From positions 1 through 55,502 of the IMG/VR virus record IMGVR_UViG_3300038701_001228: 55,502 bases of DNA. One strand, 5' to 3'. A program made the position numbers and the translations under genes. Shown piece by piece: positions 26,975-35,224 of this stretch. The notes under the pieces were generated by a model. That model saw only the letters and a list, made by a program, of their open reading frames with translations. It was not told where the DNA came from and ran no database searches. Numbering within the stretch: the stretch's first letter is position 1; every line of letters starts with the position of its first letter. The DNA is from a virus.

Positions 26975-29900
26975 ATGGCAGAGGCAGGTCTTCGGTTCGC
27001 CAGTGGGCGTATGCAATCTATGGGACTGGGCCTGCCTTCCGACCCGCGTTTATCGTTCGACCCGAACATGGCTGGTATCGGGACCGATCAGCTGGCACCT
27101 ACAGCAGCTGACACAGCTGTGATGGGGCAGCCAGCGCCGCAGACGTCGCAGTTTTCCATGCCCGCAGAAATGCGCCCGCCGTCTGCGTCTCGCCGCATTC
27201 GGGAGCAAAGCGCAGCAGGGCCGTCCGCCGCTGCGCCCAGCGTGCTCTATAGCCCGTCGCTTGGCCGGTTCTCGGTTGGCGGTGTTGAGTTCGGACGGGA
27301 CGAGTACGATGTTGCACTGCAATCTCCCCAGCTCCTCAACCGCCCTAACCAGCCGCAAACCCCCGCGGGGGACTGGCAATCTGTCGACGCGACCCAGTAC
27401 AGTCAGTATCTCCAATCCATCGGCGAAGGCCGCGGTTTCCTCGGCAACGTGGGCATGGGTTTCCGCGACGTAGGCGAAGGCGTTGTGGGCGGTGTCGGGC
27501 GCGGTCTCCAGATGCTGGGGGCCGAAGGTGCTGGTCAGGCGCTGGTAGATGTCGGTGAGTTCCTCGGCCCGACTGCCGCCGACGAGGCGCGGGACGCGGC
27601 CATCCGTGAGCGGCAGGGGCTGCTCGGCCAGATCGGTACCGCCGCGGCGCGCTCGATCCCCACGCTAGGTCTCGCCATTGCAGGTGGTGTCGGAGGTGGT
27701 GCCCTTGCCGCCGGTGGTCTTCGCGCGGCAGCCGCGGGCGGGGCCGCGGTCCGGGCCGGTCAGCTGACCGGTGTATCTGCAACGATCTTCCCGATGGAGG
27801 TCCAGTCCTCCTACACCGCGGCGCAGCAGGGCGGCTATGACGTCGAGGACCCCGAGGTCCAGTCGGACATCTGGGCGACGGCGGCGACCAAGACACTGGC
27901 CCAGACCCTGCCCGAGGCGTTCCTCGCCGGGGCCTTCAGCCGCGCCTTCGGCAACGCAGTCCGTGACGCCAGCCGCCGCACGATCCTCAACACGGCTGGT
28001 CCCATCGTGGGTGTCGGCTCCGCCGAAGCTGCCGCAGAGACCTTCGCCACGCTGGCTGACCGGGTGATGTTTGACCCCGAGCTGCGGGCGGAGTTCAACG
28101 AGCGCGACTGGGCCGCGCTGGCCCCGCTGATCGTCGACAAGTATGGCGAGGAGGGCCTCGTCGCCGCTGGCGCAGGCTTCCTGCTGGGCGGTGGCTTCCG
28201 CGCTGCCGTCATGCCGTTCGAGGGTGGGCGCGCACCGGCCACCGACGAGACACCACCGGGCGAAGCACCGCCTCCGCAGCGCGACCTCACGGGCACCGGC
28301 GAGACCGACGTGCTGCAGGGCGGCGAGGTCGCGGGGCCGCCGAGTGCAGAGCAGTACGCCGAGCAGCAGGCTCAGCTCGACGCGCTGGGTATCCCAGAGG
28401 TGCAGCCGGAGGCTCTCCCCACCATGGAGGCAGGGCTGCGCCTGCCTGACCAGCCCATCCTCGACCCGCTCGGACCTCGCGTCGGGGAGCTCAATGCAGA
28501 GGAGCAGGACCTCGCCAACCGCTGGGCTGCACGCACCCAGCCGCCGCTGGAACTTGGGCGTGAAGCGCGGACAGACCTCGGCCCGCTTGCGCTCCCGGCC
28601 CCCGCCTCCGGTGGGACTATCATCCCGCAGGTTCCGCTTCCGCTTGGTACGCCGCTGCTACCAACCCTGCAGGCTGCACCTCAGTTCCGTACCGATACGC
28701 TCCTTCCTCTGCTACCCCAGCAGCGTGCTGAACCCGGTCAGGTGGAGATGTTCACCCCGGATGAGATGGGTGTCGGCCCAGCCACACAGGCCCGCCTCAC
28801 AGGACAGCAACTTGCTGGTGCTCGTCGTCCGCTGACGCGGGATACTGATTTCCTTCCACCGGTTTTTGTCCCTGATCCACAGCTCAACCTACCACTTTCG
28901 CGCCCTGTGCAACCCGGTGAGGGACCAGCTACTGGAACACCTATGGCCGAGCAGCTCAACCGGCTGCTCCAGCAGGTACGGGCCCAAGCCGAAGCGCAGA
29001 AGGCGCAAGAGGCCGAGGCGGCGACCCGCGCAGCGCAGGAGGCCGAGCAGCGTGCGCAGCGTGAGGACCAGCTTCTTCGCTCGCTGGAGGAACAGCAGCA
29101 GCTTGAGGAGGACACCAACATCCTCGGCGAGGAGCTGGTCGGTGGGAACTTCGCCATCCTCGGGCAAGCAGCCCGGGCAGAATGGGATGCGGCAGTCGCC
29201 GCGCTGGACCCAGCAGTGCGCGCAGAACTCACCAGCCTCGGCCCCGGTGACCTACCCACGACCCTTGCGGGCAACCAAGCACAGGCTGAGCTGGCGCGGC
29301 TGGGGACCGAGCTGCGCAGGCGGACGAGCAACAAGCTGCGGCGGCAGGCGGCGGAGCCGCCGACGGTCATCCCGACCGAGACTCCCGCCACGGGCGTGCA
29401 GGTCAGCGGCGTGGATGAGGCCATCGCCAATGGTATCGGTACGATCACCGTGACCGACAACGGTAAGCCGGTGCCCTTCAAGAACTTTGCCCTGAGTGTC
29501 GATGGAAATCGTGCAGAAGTGGGCATGGTCGAGCGCCCCCTACGGGCGCGGCGTGGTATCGGGCGCGAAGCCTACGTTGCTCTCGGCGAGGCGCTCGCTG
29601 CTCGGGGCATCACACTGCAGTCGAGTGAAACCCTGCAGGGTCCGGGTAGAAAGCTCTGGGAGCGCCTCACGATGGAGGGTAGAGCCCGGCGGAACCAGAG
29701 CACAAAGCGGTTTGAGTTTGTCGCAGGAGAGCCTGACACAACCCCACCCGCCGGGGGTGGGCGTACTACACCACAGCAAGGAGCAGCAAAACGCCGCGAG
29801 CGCCGGAAAAAAGCCGCTGCCGACCTCAAGTCGAAGGGAGAACCCGATGCCGTTCAAGAGCAAGGCCCAGCGGAGGGCGCTGTACGCCAAGAACCCGAGA

Positions 29901-32900
29901 CTAGCGAGGGAGTTCCAGTCGAAGACACCCAAGGGCAAGAAGCTGCCCGAGCGCGTGTCGAAGAAACCCAAGCGGAAGAAGCCGTAACGCCGACGTCGCC
30001 GCCCGAGCCTGCACCTGAACCCGCGATCACGCGAGGCGACCGCGCGCCGCGCGACATGCCGCCGAACACCGCATGGGATCAGTATGTCGCCCCCTTTCTC
30101 CCTGTGGAGTTCGGCGCGCGGAACCTCGGCGCGCTTCAGAAAAAGTGGTCCGACGCGGTTAAGGCCGGGCGTGGCAACTACGACGCAGCGCGCAGAATCT
30201 TGGCGGATTCGCCCACCTACAACGTGCTCGAGGCGCAGGAGCTCTACAACACCAGTGCCGACCCGACGGTCCGGGACGATGCGCTGAGCGTCATGCTGGA
30301 GGTCGCCTTCGCCGGCGAATCCACTGGGAACCCGTCCGCGGCGCTGGGCAAAAAGACCCCGGCCCGCTTCGCGCAGGATTTCCTCAACGAGTTGAGCTGG
30401 GCACGGGCTGATCGGGAGACCCTGCTGGAGTTCGCCACACTCGACAGCATCGCCGAGGAGCGCACCGCAGAGAAACCCACGGCGCAGATGCGCGCGCTGA
30501 ACGAGCTGCTCGAGGCCACGGGCGTCCTGAACACCGCCGAGAACGTGGACGGCGACACCACCTCGAACCCTGCGGCAGAGCTCACCGAGGAGATCGTCGA
30601 GTACAACAAGAACCCGCACACCCCCGAGGGGTGGGAGCAAAATCGCCTGCGCGAGCGGGTGCGGAACTTCACCGCCTACGCCCGGGAGAACCCGGAGGCA
30701 TGGGGCTCACTCGTGGAGGGCACGACGCCCCTCTACCAGTACCTCAAGAGCGGGTATGTGAACCTGCGTGCCGGGCGCATCACGCCCGATGCCAACGCGA
30801 CGGACCCCCGCACACAGGCCCGGGTGACCGAGGGTGGCAGCACCGAGGCTGGTGGCGCGCTGACCGGCGGCTTCGCCCCGCGCACTGGTGCAGTCAGGGG
30901 TGGGTACCAAGGGAAGTACAGCCGCGTCGATTACAACGACATCTCCAACGCGCTGGATGCCAACGGTAAACCCCTCACCGGCCCCATGCCGGTGGGCAAG
31001 CAGAAGATGGTCATCAAGACGTTCCTCAAGCGGCTGCGCAATGCGCCGCGCGTCTACGACTTCAAGGATCAGGCCGACCTGCGCCGGAAGAACCCCGAGC
31101 TTTACCGCCGCGCCGCGGCAGCGCGCCCCGAAGGCGACTTCGACACGACCAATGCGGCTGGTTACTCCTTCGGCGACGGCGAGGTCATCGTCTTCACCGA
31201 CCGGATCGCCAACGACACACACCTCAAGTTCGTGCTGGCACACGAGACCTTCGGCCACTACGGCCTGCGGGGCGTGCTGCCCGCCGCCCAGTTCGACAGC
31301 CTCATGGAGGGGCTGTACGACACCACCCCGTCGATCCAGCGGTCGGTCGATGCGGCCATGATGGCCAACCCGGAGCTTGGCAAGGCCGAGGCAGTGGAGG
31401 AATACCTCTCCGACTTCGCTGCTGCGCTCGACAGCAGCATCGTGCTGCGGGTGTGGAAGGCCATCAAGAACGCCCTCAACCGGCTGGGGGTCACGTTCGG
31501 CGACGACTCGGTCCGCTACCTGCTCGACCAGTCGCGGCGCTATGCCCGTAGCCCCCTCCAAGGGTTCCCGATGGACCTCAACGGGGTCGCGCAGCGCGCG
31601 TACGACGTGGAGACGGGGGCAGCAGCGCCCGGTAGGTACAGTTCGACAGGTGACTTCTTCAAAGACCAGCGGTCGCTCGACGAGTACGCCCGCATGGGGC
31701 TTCCGGTACCGCGGAGCTTCCAAGAGGGGCTGGACGCCATGGGCGGCCAGTGGAAGAACTTCGGCGACGGGTGGCGTGGGTTCAAATCCACCTTCCTCAG
31801 CCTGAACAACTTCGATTCGCGCACCAACCCGGGCCTCAAGCGGTTGCACGATGTTCTGCAGGAAGCCGTTACCATCGCCATGTCGGTGCGCAACACGCTG
31901 AACGAGACCATGCGCCCGGCGCTGAACCGCGGCGTCCTTGGCTTCGGCGGGATGAGCAACACCGAGTACGACCAAGCCAACAACCTGCTCCATCACGCGC
32001 GTATCCGGGCGATCATGCGCCTTCGCGACGACCCGGTCACAAGCCGGGAGCCGCTGGTCGTTTTCGACGAGGCTGAAGGACAGTTCAAGCGCACCGATGA
32101 GGTCAAGCGGCTGGATGATCTGCACCGCCTGAAGTTTGAGGACGCGCGCGATGGCTTCAAGTACGTGTTCACCAACACCGATGCCGATGGCAATGTCGTG
32201 AGCACCGAGACCATCCGGGTGCCGGGGATCGACGGACTGACCAAAGGCAGCCGGGTGTGGCTGGCCTATGAGGCCGCGCGCAAGGCGTACATCGACACCG
32301 AGCTGAGGCTCCTGACGGCGCAGCTGTCGGCGGGCCGGGTCCGCGAGTCCACCGCACTGAAGGAAATCGGCAGCGTGGTGCCCGACGGCACGCTCACCAC
32401 CTCGGAGCGGGCGCTCATGCGCATTGCCATCCGCCGGTACCAAGAGCTGTACGAGGCTGGGTCGTCGACCAACGCCGAGGGGGCCATCGTCTATCTGGAC
32501 CAGTCGATGCAGACGGCCAAGGAGTTCGCTAAGGCGTTCAACATGGCAGTGATCGCCAACGAGGACGCGGCGACCGACACCGAGGCGCAAGCGCGGAACA
32601 ACGCGGTCAAGCAGTTCTTCGACCAAGCTGTTGCTGATGACGTCGTCGCCCAGATCGAGGCGTTCAAGCGGCGGGCTAACTTCGCCGATGACCGGTTCGT
32701 CGTGCAGAACAAGATCATCGGCCTGCACACGCAGGCCATGCAGGAGAACGGGGCCAGCGACTTCGCACGGAACTCCATCGTCGGACAGTACTCGCCCATC
32801 GTGCGCACCGGCGACTTCGAGATGCGGCTGGTAGCCAAGGACGCCCGCACCGGGCGGGTCGTCTCGCTCGATGGCGGCTACAAGGACGGCCTGCTGTACT

Positions 32901-35224
32901 CCCAGTTCGACTCCCGCGCTGAGGCGCTGGTCTTCGCCAAGACGGTACGCTCGGCGTTCGGCACCAAATCCTACACGGTCAAGGCCCGGAACAACGACGG
33001 GCAGATGGTGGACACCGAGGTGGTGTTTGAGCCCGTGGTGGACCGTGTTCTCGTCGAAGCCGCCAACCCGCTCGGGGTAAACCTCAACGAGTTTGTGGCA
33101 GGTCTGAACTTCTTCGACATCAACCTCCCACCGGCCAAGCGGGAGGAGGTGATCGTGGCCATGACGGCGCAGGACGCCGCCGCGCGCCGCCGCCTGCAGG
33201 CCGGTCTCAACCCGGGTGACGCCCGGGACGCCATCTCGGGTATCGCGCAGCACATCGACGGTCGCGCCAGCACCATCGCCAAGGTCCAGACCCGCCCGCA
33301 CATCGACGAGCTGATGAACCTCCGGCTGCGGGAGTCGAACGCGCTGTGGTCTGGTGACGCGGAGCGGGTCGAGGAGCTGCGCGCTCGGTACGAGGCGGCT
33401 GCCGCCGACCCGAACGCTCGTCCCAAGACGGTCGAGGTCGCCAAGCGCGAGTACGAAGAAGCCTTGATGATGTACAACAACACGCGGCCCGAGGAAGGGG
33501 ATTCGCGCAAGAACGAGGCGCTGAACAAGGCGGCGCGCACGCTGTCTTTCCTCGACAAGAACGCATCGGTCAACGAATCTGACTTTGAAGGGTCGGGGCT
33601 GATCTCGGCGTGGCGCTCCTACACCAGTTTGATCCAGCTGGGTGGTTCCATCGCCACCGGTCTGCTCAACCCGATCAGCGTCTACACCAACGGCGTGCCT
33701 TATCTCGCGTCCTACAACGCCAAGACGGCCTTCGGCGGAGGCTTCGGCGCGGGCCGGGCGCTCACCGAGGTCCAGCGGGCCTTCGCGCAGGTGGGTATCC
33801 CGGGGATGAAGAACCTGCAGGGCATGAACACCGCCGAGTTCTGGGATGGCCCGGGCGGTGTGACCACGGACCCTGCTCTGCAGAAGAAGTACGGTGTGAC
33901 CAAGCGCGAAGCCCAGATGATCGCCCGCGAAATCCGCGAAGGACGCATGATCCCGGCCCAGTCCAACGCGCTGGTGGGTACCTCTCGCGGGCGCACGGCG
34001 CGCGGCGCGGTCGGCAAGGGCATCGACCTGTGGATGGCACCGTTCAACCTGACCGAGCAGGCATCGCGCAGGGCGTTTGGTCTCGCGTCCTTCCGGCTCG
34101 AGTATGCCCGCCAGATGCAGGCGGTGGACCCGACGCTGGAACCCACCTCGCCCGAGTTCGCCGTTGCTGAGCAGGCCGCATACGACCGCGCTGTGGAGTT
34201 CGCGGGCAAGGCCATGGACACGGCGCTCGGGGATTACTCGGTGCTCAACCGCCCGGCGTTCTTCCGCTCCGGCATCGCCAGTATGCTCTACATGTACAAG
34301 GTCTTCCCGACGACCTCGATCCAGATGTTCAACAACCTGAGCTTCAACGGCAAGATGGGTATGCTGGCTGCCCTGTGGTTCCTCGGCGGCATCGCCGCCT
34401 TCCCGTTCGCTGAGGATTTGGAGGACCTGACCGACACGCTCATGCAGAAGGCCGGCGTGGGCGAAGGTAGCGTCCGGGCTTGGGCTGCCCAGCGGCTCAA
34501 CGAAATCTCGCCCGGCCTGACCCCGGCAATCCTGAAGGGCGTCATGGGCAACATCCTGCCCGGCGACATCGCAGGGCGCGTGTCGCTTAGCGTGATCCCG
34601 GGAACGGAAATCCTGCTGGCTGGTGCGAACACCACCCGGGCGCTGGAGGAGATCGCTGGGCCGATGCCGTCGGCCCTTCTCGGCACGATGCAGTTCGCAT
34701 CCGATCTGGTGCGCGCGCCATTCTCCACGACCGTGACCATGGAGCGGGTGTTCCGGGAGGCACCTGTGACCGGTATGCGCATGGCTGCGGATGCCTATGC
34801 CTACGCCCAGTCGGGCGGGATCGTTGACCGCCGCGGGTACATCGTAGCCTCGGACGTGACGACCGGCGAGCTGGTGATGCGCCTCATGGGCTTCTACCCG
34901 CGGCGGGCGGCGGAGACCTTCGGTAACGTGCGGGTCATCCAGCGTATGGCGAACTACCGGCGCGAGGCAGCCACCGCCTACCGGCAGGAGTGGGTCTCGG
35001 CGCGCATCCGCAACGACCGCGACCGTATGCGGGAGATCGAGAGGGCTGTGCGGGACTGGAACCAGTACCACCGTGGTGGCCCGCTGGTGATCCAGAACTT
35101 CCGGGAGGGGTCGATCCGGGCCTATCGTGAGGCGATCCGCCCGGCGACGGAGCGCGGGCTGCGCTCGGTGCCGCAAGCCAGCCGGGACCAGCTCACGGCA
35201 ATCGCTGATGCGCTGACCTTCTAA
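26975..35224 (+). CDS. Giant (2749 aa) multidomain virion protein with an HExxH zincin-like motif; probably an ejected polyvalent protein
   Basis: One uninterrupted frame. Gly/Ala-rich hydrophobic N-terminal region, Pro-rich and acidic linkers. A metallopeptidase-like block (VIVFTDRIANDTHLKFVLAHETFGHYGLRG). C-terminal hydrophobic segments (MGMLAALWFLGGIAAFPF). Confidence 0.6.
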   Translation: MAEAGLRFASGRMQSMGLGLPSDPRLSFDPNMAGIGTDQLAPTAADTAVMGQPAPQTSQFSMPAEMRPPSASRRIREQSAAGPSAAAPSVLYSPSLGRFSVGGVEFGRDEYDVALQSPQLLNRPNQPQTPAGDWQSVDATQYSQYLQSIGEGRGFLGNVGMGFRDVGEGVVGGVGRGLQMLGAEGAGQALVDVGEFLGPTAADEARDAAIRERQGLLGQIGTAAARSIPTLGLAIAGGVGGGALAAGGLRAAAAGGAAVRAGQLTGVSATIFPMEVQSSYTAAQQGGYDVEDPEVQSDIWATAATKTLAQTLPEAFLAGAFSRAFGNAVRDASRRTILNTAGPIVGVGSAEAAAETFATLADRVMFDPELRAEFNERDWAALAPLIVDKYGEEGLVAAGAGFLLGGGFRAAVMPFEGGRAPATDETPPGEAPPPQRDLTGTGETDVLQGGEVAGPPSAEQYAEQQAQLDALGIPEVQPEALPTMEAGLRLPDQPILDPLGPRVGELNAEEQDLANRWAARTQPPLELGREARTDLGPLALPAPASGGTIIPQVPLPLGTPLLPTLQAAPQFRTDTLLPLLPQQRAEPGQVEMFTPDEMGVGPATQARLTGQQLAGARRPLTRDTDFLPPVFVPDPQLNLPLSRPVQPGEGPATGTPMAEQLNRLLQQVRAQAEAQKAQEAEAATRAAQEAEQRAQREDQLLRSLEEQQQLEEDTNILGEELVGGNFAILGQAARAEWDAAVAALDPAVRAELTSLGPGDLPTTLAGNQAQAELARLGTELRRRTSNKLRRQAAEPPTVIPTETPATGVQVSGVDEAIANGIGTITVTDNGKPVPFKNFALSVDGNRAEVGMVERPLRARRGIGREAYVALGEALAARGITLQSSETLQGPGRKLWERLTMEGRARRNQSTKRFEFVAGEPDTTPPAGGGRTTPQQGAAKRRERRKKAAADLKSKGEPDAVQEQGPAEGAVRQEPETSEGVPVEDTQGQEAARARVEETQAEEAVTPTSPPEPAPEPAITRGDRAPRDMPPNTAWDQYVAPFLPVEFGARNLGALQKKWSDAVKAGRGNYDAARRILADSPTYNVLEAQELYNTSADPTVRDDALSVMLEVAFAGESTGNPSAALGKKTPARFAQDFLNELSWARADRETLLEFATLDSIAEERTAEKPTAQMRALNELLEATGVLNTAENVDGDTTSNPAAELTEEIVEYNKNPHTPEGWEQNRLRERVRNFTAYARENPEAWGSLVEGTTPLYQYLKSGYVNLRAGRITPDANATDPRTQARVTEGGSTEAGGALTGGFAPRTGAVRGGYQGKYSRVDYNDISNALDANGKPLTGPMPVGKQKMVIKTFLKRLRNAPRVYDFKDQADLRRKNPELYRRAAAARPEGDFDTTNAAGYSFGDGEVIVFTDRIANDTHLKFVLAHETFGHYGLRGVLPAAQFDSLMEGLYDTTPSIQRSVDAAMMANPELGKAEAVEEYLSDFAAALDSSIVLRVWKAIKNALNRLGVTFGDDSVRYLLDQSRRYARSPLQGFPMDLNGVAQRAYDVETGAAAPGRYSSTGDFFKDQRSLDEYARMGLPVPRSFQEGLDAMGGQWKNFGDGWRGFKSTFLSLNNFDSRTNPGLKRLHDVLQEAVTIAMSVRNTLNETMRPALNRGVLGFGGMSNTEYDQANNLLHHARIRAIMRLRDDPVTSREPLVVFDEAEGQFKRTDEVKRLDDLHRLKFEDARDGFKYVFTNTDADGNVVSTETIRVPGIDGLTKGSRVWLAYEAARKAYIDTELRLLTAQLSAGRVRESTALKEIGSVVPDGTLTTSERALMRIAIRRYQELYEAGSSTNAEGAIVYLDQSMQTAKEFAKAFNMAVIANEDAATDTEAQARNNAVKQFFDQAVADDVVAQIEAFKRRANFADDRFVVQNKIIGLHTQAMQENGASDFARNSIVGQYSPIVRTGDFEMRLVAKDARTGRVVSLDGGYKDGLLYSQFDSRAEALVFAKTVRSAFGTKSYTVKARNNDGQMVDTEVVFEPVVDRVLVEAANPLGVNLNEFVAGLNFFDINLPPAKREEVIVAMTAQDAAARRRLQAGLNPGDARDAISGIAQHIDGRASTIAKVQTRPHIDELMNLRLRESNALWSGDAERVEELRARYEAAAADPNARPKTVEVAKREYEEALMMYNNTRPEEGDSRKNEALNKAARTLSFLDKNASVNESDFEGSGLISAWRSYTSLIQLGGSIATGLLNPISVYTNGVPYLASYNAKTAFGGGFGAGRALTEVQRAFAQVGIPGMKNLQGMNTAEFWDGPGGVTTDPALQKKYGVTKREAQMIAREIREGRMIPAQSNALVGTSRGRTARGAVGKGIDLWMAPFNLTEQASRRAFGLASFRLEYARQMQAVDPTLEPTSPEFAVAEQAAYDRAVEFAGKAMDTALGDYSVLNRPAFFRSGIASMLYMYKVFPTTSIQMFNNLSFNGKMGMLAALWFLGGIAAFPFAEDLEDLTDTLMQKAGVGEGSVRAWAAQRLNEISPGLTPAILKGVMGNILPGDIAGRVSLSVIPGTEILLAGANTTRALEEIAGPMPSALLGTMQFASDLVRAPFSTTVTMERVFREAPVTGMRMAADAYAYAQSGGIVDRRGYIVASDVTTGELVMRLMGFYPRRAAETFGNVRVIQRMANYRREAATAYRQEWVSARIRNDRDRMREIERAVRDWNQYHRGGPLVIQNFREGSIRAYREAIRPATERGLRSVPQASRDQLTAIADALTF
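29847..29987 (+). CDS. Embedded 46-aa Lys/Arg-rich ORF in the +1 frame of the giant gene
   Basis: SD AAGGGAG lies 6 nt upstream of ATG 29847. Sequence MPFKSKAQRRALYAKNPRLAREFQSKTPKGKKLPERVSKKPKRKKP. By hand count 42/46 codons end in G/C, versus 21/47 for the giant-gene frame over the same stretch. Confidence 0.5.
   Translation: MPFKSKAQRRALYAKNPRLAREFQSKTPKGKKLPERVSKKPKRKKP

Noticed and set aside
26975-35224. The giant protein as an N4-like virion RNA polymerase
   Set aside because: I could not find T7/N4-type polymerase motifs (TxxGR, motif B RxxxK...YG, motif C) in the sequence. The genome also lacks other N4 hallmarks. Only profile or structure searches could settle this.
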